Shown: positions 1-11,943 of the stretch, one piece after another | How the letters are laid out: every line of letters begins with the position of its first letter | Position numbering within the stretch: position 1 is the stretch's first letter | From: Peribolospora baueri | Taxonomy: Eukaryota | Length of the DNA: 64,000 nt | Assembly (NCBI GenBank): GCA_029717555.1 | Contig: JAMDHS010000067.1 | Span: 1 to 64,000, forward strand | Direction of reading: 5' to 3' | Notes under the pieces: model-generated | Told to the model about the DNA's origin: nothing | The model's input: the letters and a program-made list of their open reading frames with translations, nothing else | Databases searched by the model: none | Made by a program: the position numbers and the translations under genes

Positions 1-861
1 AAGGAGGAGTGGCGCCGTCTGCCGGTCCATCGGAGGAGGGCGCAGGGGCAAGAGCAGGAGCATTTTTTATTTTTTTTATTATTTATCATGTCCGACACAA
101 TGACGAACGTTACATCATGACCTTCCCTTCCATGTCCTTCTGGCACACCCGGCTCGGCTCGGCTTGGCTCGCGTCGCGTCGCGTCGCGTCGCAGGCGCGC
201 GCTCGTCCCCTCATGTCCGTCCCGATAATGTGGGCCACATGACACACCGTCTCCGCCAGTGCGGCGGAGACGCAGACGGGTGGAGTCCCATGTTCTGACA
301 CCTATTGACGTTGAACCGGGGAGAGGGGGGGAAGCGCACATGGCGGTGGAGCGCGGTCCTTCCAGACAGCGCTGTGAAAGGTCGTGCTTGTTGTGCTTGT
401 ATGAGAGCGAGATGGGCAAGGCTCTTTGGTCTGGGTCTGGGCGTTTGGGGCGATGCAGCGATGGGGGCAAAGCGACGATGCGGATAAGAGCAACACGGCT
501 CTACACGAACCGGGGGGGGGGAGGCTGAGCAAGTGACTTGGCACAGCTGCGACAAGACATGGTGTCGTCCTGTTTGGAGGAGAGAAGCTGCCGGACTGGG
601 AAGAGGATGGACTGGCCTCGTAGCGCCCAGGGCTTGGAAAGCGGGGTGCAGATGTCAATGCACCACGAAGGGATCGGGTGAGTTGTCGGCGTCGCCTCCC
701 TTTTTGTCGATTTAAGACCTCTCTACCACGAGCCCCCATTGAACACCATCTGTCATCCTCTTCGCAAGAGACTTGGTCCTCACGGCACGATGGAGGTGGG
801 TGGGATGCGTACCCATATGGAGAATGCTAGGGACCTGGAAATGTTGCATTCATCCTCGCAC

Positions 862-3512
862 TCACTCAAATGGGCCTTGGTGCTGCTCGTCAGGTGCTGG
901 GTTCTGTCTCTGACCTTGGCCATATCTTTGACCTCCACCACTTGCAGGGGTGGGATGATAAACGACTTGAGCAGGAAAGGGTGGCCACCTGGTCGCTAGA
1001 GCCGTGAGCGTGACGGCCTGCAGATCGCTGGAAGAGTTTGCATGCCTCGGAGTTTGGTCTTGCGGCAAGCTTGCGGACAGAGGTCTCTGAAGAGTCTCAC
1101 CAAAGCCGCCATGGTCAAGGCCATGGTCTCGCTCTTGTGGTGGCTGATCATGTGCGCCTGGGGGCGAATGATCTTGGACGGCACCGCTGTGATCTTGCGT
1201 GTCAGCTGAAGCGCTACCTGTTTCTTGTCCCTGTTCCTGGCTGGAAGACTCTTCTGGAGGACAAAACATAGCCCATATCGCTACTATTTCATCCCATTCA
1301 GCCGCATCGAGTTGCTGCAGGCATTCCTCTAGCTTGTCCATGTCAAGTTCCAGATCCTCAAATGACACCTGAGTCTCTATTTGGCTGTCCTGGCTGACCG
1401 AGGCTCCATTGCCAGGGTCGGTCGCGTAATTTGTTGTGGAAGGCCCATGAACGATAGATTGGTCGGAGCTCTCGGACTGACGTTCCGGTGTTACCTGCAA
1501 TGTGTCCCCAGGATTTGAGGCAGGTTCAGCTGGAGACGGCTGGGCGCCAGACCCTCCTTGCCGTCCTAGGAAAGCCTCGGCTTCACGCAGTTGCTTCGCG
1601 TTCTCTTCCTGTTCAAGCGCATGTTTCGACGCCAAGGCGGCATTGATACTCTTTGTTGAAGCGGAAGAGATGGAAAAGGAGGGGTTGGCTGGCTCGGAAC
1701 GCCCTACATCAGCATCCTGCCCGGCGACTCTCGTATCCTGAGGAAAGAACCTCGGCCTCGGCATTGAAGTCGGTGCGTTGCACAATCCTTCAACAGGGGC
1801 ATCTACCTTTCGTCGCTTTGACCGGTCCTCTGGCTCTTCAGCATCATAAAGTCCTTTCCGCTTGACACCCGTCTCGCAGTTCAAAGATGTTCCCGCAGGG
1901 CTATGTGAGTGCATCGAGCGAGAGAATGGATCCGTAGATGTTGATGTCGATGGCGGTTCGTCAACTCGTCTTGAAGGGCATAGGCGGCGCGTGCCTTCCT
2001 CGTCAGCTTCCAATTTCCTTTTCTTGGTTGTCGTGCTGCTGAAGGACTGATCACTAGTGGTAGGATATCCCGACTGTGGGGTTAGAGAGTCGAAGGTTCC
2101 AGCCGGCGTGGAGCTGTCTCTCTGCCCTAAACTGCTGCCCTGTCCCACGCCACTGTTGGTCGTTGAGCTGCTGCCTTGTGTCGAATTTGACCCATCCCTG
2201 AGACACAACAGAGTTGCAATCCTATGGAGGCGGTCTCTCTTCCCTCGAGAGACATTCATCAGGTCGAAAGGTGTGTCATCGTAGTGGTCCCACACCTCGA
2301 TAAAGTCTTTCCAGCTTAAGTCGCGTGCAGGCTGCCTTGTTGGTATTGACGACCGCTGATCATTGGCCATCTCGGCACAGAGATCGTTTTGCAAAACCGT
2401 CACAAAGATCCTAACGAACGGAACGGGATAAGAGAAATGCACGTCATCCAGTAAGCAATGAAATCCGCACCTCACTCCTTGTCCCTCTGGCATTTCTGGA
2501 CCTCACCAATCATGATCGACCGCTCCCCATTTGTACGCCCATTGCTCCTGAGAAGCGCGCACCTGTACGGGCATAGGAAGGCCAACGTGAAAGAACCATT
2601 ATCATGCTGAAACACAGAGCGAAACTGTAAGCAGAGGACTTACGCATCCGATCTTCTTCAGTCGGTCGAGCATTGATTTGTGCTAACGGGCGATGGCGAC
2701 GACAAGGTTGAGAGCGATCGACTGAAGAGTAAGACATCTTTTTTGGAGGAGCGTTTGCACAGCGACCTGGATCTCCTGGACCGGTATTGACTTACACTCT
2801 TTTCGAGTTTGACCTTATCGTGAACCTTGAAATTCCTAGCGAAGCTAGCGAATATTCTGTCCAGCGGCTTGCTGTTAATCATTGACATACCAAAGATCGT
2901 CAACCGGAAGACCACGATCTTGATAATGTCGAAACGCGTGATGAATACCTGGCCTCTCCAGCGGACGCAGAAAATTTGCGGGTTGACGTTGTACAAGTTT
3001 TTCAGCACGTCCGTTGCCTCGGTCAGGTGGTAAACGAACATCACCGGTGTGTTTACTGGATCCGTTCTATACTCTTCTGGCGCGACCACGATCGGTTGGG
3101 TCACATTTGTAAAAGATGTCGGCACGAGATCCGAGGGCCCAAAGAGCATTGGGTAAACATAAGAATTGGGTCCACCGACAGTCTCCACCGTCTGCTGCGC
3201 GATCCTCAGGAACTCGTGCAACGCCTCCATGGCCCTTCTCCCGGCATCGGGCGTGTACTGGTTAACGTCGGTGACGGAGCCTCTGCGCTCCGGGTCCACA
3301 AGCGCGCCTTGCAGTGAGTGCCGGTAGCCCGTCTCGCTCGGAAGCGCCGCTTGGTACATGCCTGTTAGATTTGAGGTGGATCCGGTCCTTACTCCCAGCC
3401 CATTGCCGACACACTGACCCTCGGCATCGAGGTGGCGATCGGAAAAATAGCGTGGCATGAAGTCGTGAATATTGTGCGAAGGATGGGTGTAGATTTTAAG
3501 GGGTTCTGCCAT
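862..3512 (-). CDS. Divergent Ste12 (STE-domain) transcription factor-like protein, multi-exon; 3' end may continue via an intron at 865
   Basis: ORF 2658-3599 has LHEFLRIAQ and IFCVRWRGQVFITRFDIIKIVVFRLTIFGMSMINSKPLDRIFASFARNFK, aligning by eye to Ste12 LKYFL..AP and VSCVLWNNLFHISGTDIVRCLSFRFQAFGRPVKNSKKFEEGIFSDLRNLK. ORF 862-2493 has RIFVTVLQNDLCAEM, matching Ste12 RLFLDALERDLKREKM. GTAAGT donor at 2795; NLS-like KKRK; long S/T/acidic tail. Confidence 0.7.
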
Positions 3513-4522
3513 ACTGACGAGGAGCCAGGCAGAGCAGGGGCATTCACCCCGGCCGGACGCGTATGCTGTTCGAGTTAGGCAGCAGGGAAGGCCGAGCACG
3601 CGCGTCGATCAGGACGATCCAACGGACTAGTCAACGAGTAGGGTGGAACGGATCAACAGAAGTGGGCCCTTGTTGACAACGTGCACGGGGAGAGACGTCC
3701 GTCAGCTTCAAATCCATCCAGAGACGGCAACAGGTACATAAACCGACATCATCGCGGTGCTCTGGCGACGCTCGACTGTCCCATCCTCTTCCGCATGATG
3801 GCCCCGTTGCTACTGAGACGTCCTACCACCTCGAGCGCTGCAACTCGTACCTGACTCTCACCTTTCTACTGCCTTGGCGGAGCGTTTTTTCCAGGATTGT
3901 TGAAAAACTACCAGTGGAAAGGTCGCAGATCCAGGAAGAGTGCGTGTGAGAGCTGCTTATAGCAGTTAAGGACGGGACAGCAGCTGGGAAAATAACACGG
4001 GCCAAAGAAACGATGTTTGAAGATATGACAGTATAAAGAACCCGTCGTCGTCAGCTCGGTCCATTTTATAGGAGCCGCCTTGAGGTTACACTCCGACTGG
4101 CATTGGTATTTCTTGCACGTCCTGAAGAAGAAGAAGTTGAAGGAAAATAAAAAAGGAAAGCCGGACTCCCTTTTCACGCTTGCCTCGCCCCGGTCCGCTC
4201 ATTGTCGAGCAGCCCTTTGAAGAAGCAAGGATGATCGTAACTAGGGAGGCGATGCCGTTGTTTGGATCGTTGGAGTTGTACTCAGCGACTCACCGGGAGT
4301 TGCCCCTCATGTTCAAAGGGAAGAGAATATAATGGTCAAGAAAGGATTCGACGTCCACCAATCCCTGTTCCTGTTGTCATTTAGGAGAAAAGGAAATGCC
4401 TTTGCGGGCACACGGGGACGACCTGCTATCTTCAGCCCGGCTCCGGGCGTTATCCAAGTGACTAGGGTTGAACGCCTCTGGTGGACGTGCGTGCACCTTT
4501 GATGGCTGCGAGAAAGACCACG

Positions 4523-5208
4523 ATGTCTCAGCCGCCGCCATATGAATATACAGACATGGTACCGACCCTCTTGCTCCGTTCACTCGTGGCTATGACCCCT
4601 GTACTCGCGCCACTCACGCGAGAATATTTACGGCACCGCCATAGAGCTGTTGAAGCCTTCTCAGAGGGTGAGTGTTTACGCTCAGGGGAGAATGGAATGA
4701 ATTGTACCAGACGTGGTTGGTTGACGACGGACGGAAGGTGTCAGAAGACTGCTGCTGATCACAGAGCGGATCCTGTTCGCACACTGAGAGAAAGGAGACG
4801 TCGAGCGTCGGGTCTCCGCCCTTCGAGATAAAGGGTGATGTGTGTGCGAGATGGGTCCAACAGGACTAGGCATGGAAGTTGGTGGGACGAAAAAGAAAGG
4901 AAGGACCATCCTTTGAATTTGTACGACTGATTCCGCCGCCGATCATTGGGGTCGCACGCTCGGGCCACCCTTGTCCAGCTCAGAACACGGCAACAACGGC
5001 CTCCTTTGACCTGGCCGCTCGCAGCGTCAGGCCTGCCTACACCAGGCGCCTGGGATACGTGTGCGATCCCTTTCAAGGAGCTCGGGATTGCACGCTCCTT
5101 TTGTCCTTGCTACGAGCGTTGCGTCAAGCCGAGCCGAAGGTGCGTCACAGAATCCAAGTCTACCGCCGTAGGTACGAGCGGGCTCGCTTTGTCGCTCGAT
5201 GTCTCTAA
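4523..5208 (+). CDS. Possible small spliced hypothetical gene divergent from the Ste12-like gene
   Basis: ATG-led ORF (MSQPPPYEY...) interrupted by a GTGAGT donor near 4668; downstream ORF 4879-5208. No recognisable domain. Confidence 0.2.
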
Positions 5209-5953
5209 AATGATGCTGCTCCGAGTGAGAGGACCTCCCTTGTTCTGCTTTCATCCTCGTGGATCAAAATCATACGGTCAGAAGTTGTGCAACCGCGAAC
5301 GGCGTCGAGGCTCGCCTTGGCAAGAAGACGCGCTATGAAAGGGAGCCTCAATGACATGGTAACATGGGAGTGGAGAAAGCTTTCTCTTTCCGTTCCAAGG
5401 AGCGACTCGTTCTGAGGGAGACTCTGATAGCGTACATGCACACACCGATACCAGCACAGTGAGAGAGGGAGACTCGATGCTGATCTGATATGATCTGCAG
5501 TGGATGATGGAGGAACTGGTACAAATGACAAGGGACGGGAAGAAAGGGGCGAGAGACAAAAGACGCCGGGTTTGGTGAATGCCCAGTTTATTGAGGGAAG
5601 GTAAGACGTAATTGAAGGTGGATGCAAGGTAGGGGAAGCATGCTACACAACCGTACGTACGTACGAATGAACGGGGAATCAGAGGCATCTACGTCTCTTT
5701 AAAGGCGAGACCCAAAATGGGAGAGAAATCTGCGTGTGCGTGTGTGTGTGTGAAGTGTGCGCGGTGAGAGATGAGGAGGCTGAGTGAAATGACGACGAAT
5801 GCACAATGTCCGTTTAAAAGTGCCCAAGCGAGCCAGACGCGCAGACGCGCTCGAGAAGATGGTTGGAGAAAGAAATCAACCGAGAAGAGAAGATGAAAAG
5901 GCCTAAGGAGGGCGGAACGTCGACGAGGTCAGGGAAGAACGCGGCCTCTCCCT

Positions 5954-8900
5954 TCAACCCGAGACCTCTTCCACCTTCTCCTCGGTCACGTCACTGGCCA
6001 CGCCATCTTCCTCATCGCCAGAAGCTCTCGTTCCACGTTCAGCGGAGTCCGACCTAACTTCCGTCCCGTCGTGAGAGAGCTCCCTCCGGCCCAGAGGCGA
6101 AAGCCTCTCAAACCCGGTCCTGACAACGACAGGGATGCCTGCAAATGCGGGACCCTCGCCGGTGTGGCGGACGCGCCAGCCCGTGGGATGGTCATCCTCG
6201 GCCTTGGGCGCCACGAGTTTAGACTTTCTCGACTGCTCCGCGCCGCCGTCGTCGTGCATGTTGTCCTGGCCCGAGCGTTGCTGAGACTGGCCGATCCTTA
6301 CTAACCTAGCCAGCTCAGGATCGTTGGCGATCCGATGCGCCTTGCACCACTCTTTATGATTTGGCCAGTCTGCGAGCTGGTGCGCCTTCGAGCAGTACGA
6401 CGCCCCTTGGCAGGGACCGCAGGTCTGAAGGGGAAGGTACGCGATCCGCATGGGGGCGTCCGCAACGGTACTAGTGGAGTGAATGGAGGCGGAGGCGGAG
6501 GGGGCGTGCGAGTTGACGCGGGAAGGGTTGAAGGACGGTGGGCCAGAGGCTGAGACAGACGCGCCAGAGGAGTTGCGTGTAGGCGGTGCGACAGGCACTG
6601 TCGAGGGGTCTCGGCGCTCGAGAAGTGGGAGGGAACCGTCTCGTTCGGTCTCAGATTTGGGCTCGGTACCTATCACGTCGCTCTCGGGGAGGGGTGAGAC
6701 AGGGATGGAAGGGCCGATCGATGTGGCCGGTGTGATTGGCGTGACCTCAGCAGCGTCAACTTCCTGCGCTGGCGTGTCTAATGGGGAGGAGCACACCGTC
6801 GACGGGGAGTCGGGGGCGATGGGCGAGGTCTGCTTGATAGTGTCCACATCTTCGGTGGCTGCAGCAACTGTCGATTCAACTTTCGCGGGACCAGTATCAG
6901 GTGCCGGTGGTGCCGTGGCCGGGGCAGCGTCGCCGGTTTTGCCGTCATCGGCCTTGTTCTCAACGTCAAGCTCAGGCCTCCTCCTGGTAGCACCACACAC
7001 CTCGCACCACTTCCCTCGACCCTTCTCGCCGCCAGCACTGGCGGTGACAGTGAGAAGGACCTCGAGAGCTTCGTGTAGTCCCAATGCGTCCTCCGAGGTC
7101 CACTGGACGTCGTTCAGCTTAGGCTTGTTGGGAAGCAAGACATAAGCGCGTCGACGCTGGGCGGGCGTAAGATCAGACGACTGGGCGTGTTCGGATCTGC
7201 TTGCATCATCCGTGGCGGGCGAGTCCGAATTTGGAAGAGGCGTAGACAACCCGTCGTCCGCTTTCGCCGCGTTGGCGGTCACGGCGACAGAGGAGTTGGA
7301 GGATGCCTGGGCGAGGGCGCGTTTCTTCTCCTTCTCTCTCTTACGCTGCCTCTGCTTCTTGGTGAGTCCCGCCAAGTCTGCTTGCCTCCTTTGCTCTGCC
7401 TTTTGTCTCCACCAGTCCTCGACCGTCTGGCCGATCCCGTCGGCCTGCACCGAGTCACGCTCCCATTTCGACAACTTATTCTCGTAACGATGATGGGTGA
7501 TGACGCCCCGGAGCTGAAAGGGGGGTAACCCGAGCACGGCTGATCGATGGAGTTCACGAGCGCAAGGTCCGAGAACCGGGAGCGGAAGGGCCTGATAACC
7601 GTCGACTGGAAGGAGGCCAGCGTACAAAAGCATCGAAGTGAGAGAGACGAAAAAAACAAAACAATCATGCAGACTGGGAAAGAAGAGAACGCCGTGCTAA
7701 TTGGTATGCGCTTGCACTCACAACTCAAAAAGACGGGCGCCCAACCGTTGTCCAGGCATGACATCTTTGTCCACCTGCCGGCGAACGCGCAGATCGCCTC
7801 ACGTATACGTTCTCGAGCCCAATCCTCCGATCCGCGTGCGACCAGCTGGGCGGACCGCTTGGATGTCGGCGCGGTCTCCATCGCGCTTTCGCTGGATGTC
7901 GAAGAGGCTTCTTGGAAGGAGGGCCGGTGTCCATGGCGGGACAATACAGGAGTTTCAGAGACTCTGAACAGACCCAAGGAGTTGGGCGAGGCGCTCTCGG
8001 TATTCGCGGTCGTGACAGTGGGGCAGACACTGGGACAGTCGTCCTTGTCTTTCCTTAAGCTTTCAGTGCTGACGACCGGACAGACGAGACGGCGCTCCTC
8101 GTCCACTGGATCACGATTGAGGACGACGAGACCCAAGCCGTCATCGTTACGGCGAGATTCAGCTGACGGCGTCCCCTCGCCGTCCGGGCGTGCTGCCCGG
8201 TCATGCTCGGCCTCCGGGACGGTCTGGCAAAATTCGATCTGGACGGGGTAATAGTCCTGGTCAATGATCTGGACGCATTGAGCTAGCCATGGCGTAAGGA
8301 CCTCTCGCCATTCGACGAACTCGTTGAAAGCGGCTTTGGTGTCATCGACATTGGGGGAGTAAGGGCCGAGGACCAGTGTCGCCTTCACGTGCACATTCAA
8401 GGAGTTGTCCCTCGAAGGAGACAGGGTCGACTGTGTCTCGTCCTGTACTCTCTTTGACTTGGAAGAACCGTTCGACGACGGAGATCCTGGGGGCTCGCTC
8501 TGGTTCCGGGTCTCACGAATGCGTCCGGCGTCCCCGGGTTTTTTGGGCTCCTCAGACACCTTCGTTCGTGCCGACTGCATATCCAGCCAGAGATTGGCGA
8601 CACCATCGCCAACGACCCAGAATAGCATCTTGGCAATCTCTTGGCTGCGAGGGTCGTGTTCCGGGCCGAGATGAGCGAGGCAGCAGCGGTCGGTAGTGGG
8701 AGAGTGAAGGGCGAGGAAATAGGACGTCTCCGGGGGCCTAGGTGGCACCGGATCGTCGAACTCTTCTTCTGATTTCGGCTGGGGTTTCCTAAAAGCAGAC
8801 GTTTTGGGGAGAGAGGTAGGTCCAGCGAGCGGAAATAGGTCGGGGTGGAAGGACGCCCATCGACGTTGTCGCTCAACCTCGGAGGGACTGGCGGCCCAGA

Positions 8901-9123
8901 GACCACAGAAGGCTGACGAGGACGGCGGGGACTGTCGCCAGGAGCGGTCGTCGTCGGTTCGCTCCGTCGGTCCTCCTCGGGGCCCATAGAGCTTTCCCCA
9001 ACAGCCTCTCGGGATTCGGTGGTAGCCCTCGAGGTGGAGCTCGAGAGAGCCGCCGGACGAGGACAGGCTAGAGCTGTCGACCACCTGGAAAGTCGCCATG
9101 AGCGCGTTGTCAGGGTCAGACAT
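5954..9123 (-). CDS. MYND-type zinc finger protein (~1,000 aa, two exons)
   Basis: ORFs 7279-9123 and 5954-7633 join in frame across intron 7606-7721 (GTGAGT...CAG). Contains CEVC and CGPCQGASYCSKAHQLADWPNHKEWC. Confidence 0.8.
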
Positions 9124-10444
9124 CTCGTAAAAGCGGGCAAGGAGAAGGCAGGGAAGAAAAGCTAGCGAGGAAGTGAGAGCCTAGAGTCAAAAACAACGAG
9201 AGAGAGATGACTGAGAGGACGCTGAGGGTGAGAGGAGAGGAGCAAAGGCCGACCGACGCGTGCAGGCCACTCTTGGGGCAGCGGCGAGAGCTGTGGCTAA
9301 AGAAAGGCGTGAGTCCGGAAGAAGAGGTCGGCCAAAAAAGGGTAACGGTAACAGCGGTGGTAGCGAAGATACAAAGGAAGGACGACAAAGGCCAAGACAG
9401 ACCAAGCGTTCGAAACATTCTATCAGACCTTCGCGGAGGACTGGAGGCCCGGACGCGAAGACATGGGTGCGCGCGGACGGGGCGTGAGGTCTGGTCTACT
9501 GATCCGACCATCTCCGCTTATGTCCGGCTTCCATTATCCCTATTACTCACCGTCCCACGTCCCTTCTTAGGGTAAGGCGCGGCCTTTAGGGGCGAGATAC
9601 GGCCTGATGGGTGGGGCACAGCCCTCCTCTACTTTCCAAATGTGGGCACGTTCTGATACTATATAAGAGGAGTCGCTGGCCAAGCTCCGATGATGGAAAT
9701 CCAAGATCTTCCTCGTGTACGCGTCTGGGACGGCACGTGAGCGCTCACGTTTGCATCACGTGCCAATCCCGTGATAGACTATTAGACGTGGTCGCCCCGC
9801 TCCTGATCCCCTTCCTTAATCTCAATATGCAGCCGGCGACGGCGACAAATGTCCCGCCCCAACCATCCTCCGAACGGCACAGCCAAGGCTCAACCTTCCT
9901 TCCGGAAGGTTTAGGGGTCTATCTTTCAGTACGGTATCTAGCTTTTTATTATTAGCTGGCTACGCCATTCGGAGAACACCCGCTACAGCCTGCCGTGGTC
10001 TCCGCCAGCCCGTTACCTTCACGTTGACCATGGCGGCCATCGCCGGCGTCGTTCGGGCCCAGAGCGCCAGGCCTGCGCCCGAGCAGGGTAACGTGACGAC
10101 ATCTACGCCGTCGCCAGCAGCGACGAACCAACCGTTGCCTCCGTCGTCCCCCGTGCGTGGCAGACTATCCACACTTTGACTGGGGCAACCATCGCTCGGC
10201 GTCTTCCCTTCAGTGTAGCTAACCTGCTTCCCTCTCACATGATTGATCACCGACAGACCGGCAGCACTTCCAAGATCATCGCCGTCTCGACGGTGGCCGG
10301 TACGCGTCCGAATCTTATTGTATGGCAGCGAGCGATTCACGAGCTTTCCTCTTCACGTCGCACTGAACACGTCCTTTTTATCCCTCCTCGTCCGCTCCAT
10401 CTCCCTATGTGACCGCCCTTCACCATCCCTGCGCTTATCCCGCC

Positions 10445-10810
10445 ATGTCCTCCCAACCCTCCGTACCGACCTCGCGCCTGTTCCTATTCCTTCTCCCGTT
10501 CCTCTCAGGCTTCATCGTCCTCTTCCTCCTCGCTCTCTTCCTCTTCCTCAAAATCTCGCGCTACGTCCGTCTCTCCCGCGAGCACAAAAGACGCCACGAG
10601 CTCGAAGGCGGGGCGGGCGGAGGGACGGTTCTGCCATCTTGGTACGGCGATGGACTGGACGGGGCTGGGAGGACTGGGGGGCATAAGGGTGGGAAGGGGC
10701 ATGGGCATGGAAGGAGCGGGGTCGGGAAAGGCAGGAGGGGAAAGAGCGCTTGGGATGTGGAAGAGTGGGAGGGCGTTCCGGTAAGCCGATCTTGCGAGCT
10801 GCTTGGATGA
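10445..10810 (+). CDS. Small single-pass membrane protein, first exon (3' exons unresolved)
   Basis: MSSQPSVPTSR followed by a long hydrophobic stretch (LFLFLLPFLSGFIVLFLLALFLFL), then a basic, Gly-rich segment; GTAAGC donor at 10781. Confidence 0.45.
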   Translation: MSSQPSVPTSRLFLFLLPFLSGFIVLFLLALFLFLKISRYVRLSREHKRRHELEGGAGGGTVLPSWYGDGLDGAGRTGGHKGGKGHGHGRSGVGKGRRGKSAWDVEEWEGVPVSRSCELLG

Positions 10811-11943
10811 TGCCGCACTCGCTTGCTGATCTTGGCCCTCGCCTTTGGTTCGTGAAGGCATGATGGATTCCTTCTGGCGCAAATCAGCAAAGCAAAACCT
10901 CTCCCTACTACGATCTGTATGATAGCGCAGACACGCCATTCTAGACTTGTATTCTATGTAGACCCACGTTCGGGGACGTCTTTGTCACCGTCCGTCCCTC
11001 GCTGGCCCCTGCCCTCGTTCGTCTCCGGATGCCGCACACCTCTCTTCCATTCGTCCTCAGGGCGTGCCTTACTTATCCTTCGATCAAGCACATCTTGGTC
11101 CTCGACTGCCACCCCACTCGCTGTCCAACCCGACACGTTCCGCCCTGCCAGTACGCCATATCCGGGCATGAGGATCCACAGGCCACATGGACCTCTCTTC
11201 CCTTGCTTATTTTTTTTCTTCCACGCCGGTGGCAGTGCGTGCCATTGCGGTGCGGCCTGCTGCCTAGAAGGGCTGTGTGCTCACAGGTGGGGAGTCGTAG
11301 TCGTAGTCGGAGTCGTAGTGGTCGTCGCTCGACGGACCCCCTCCCCCCTCGCTCGTTCTACGTAACATCTCTGTCCGACCACGCGGCTTCCAGGACCCGA
11401 ACACAATCGAAGGCTGCGGGAGGGGCGGAGGGTGGATGCATTGAAAATTGAAATAGCCTGCTTACATTTGACGCTTGACGCTCGCGTCGAAGCCGTAACG
11501 TTGCCGCAGTCCGCCGACCTCCGTCGCGGAATCTCTTTGCGCTGTTCGCACGCCTTCCATCGTCTCCGCGTCGGCTCGCTGGTCCATCTCCCCCTCCGTG
11601 CGCTGCGTCGAGCAAGCTTCACTGACCAGCCCTGACGATCCTGGTGGCAGCCGGCCACCACCTCAAGGCTAGCTAGCATCGCCCTTCTCTCGTCCTCCAC
11701 CATCTTCCCGGAGCGCACCTTCTGTGTTCGTTCGTGCACCCAACCTCGTTCGACCTTCATACCTCGACGCCGCTGCTGCCGGAGCGCTTCGCATTCCCTC
11801 GAACCTCGTCGCATCGTCCCCGACCTCTCTTTCATCGTCCCTGCGCTCGCCTTACTCTTATCTATTTACTTCGTCGCTCGCCCCTCCTTCTCCTTCCCTA
11901 TCCCGTCTCTTCGTATTCCACCGCGACGCATACACATACGCGC

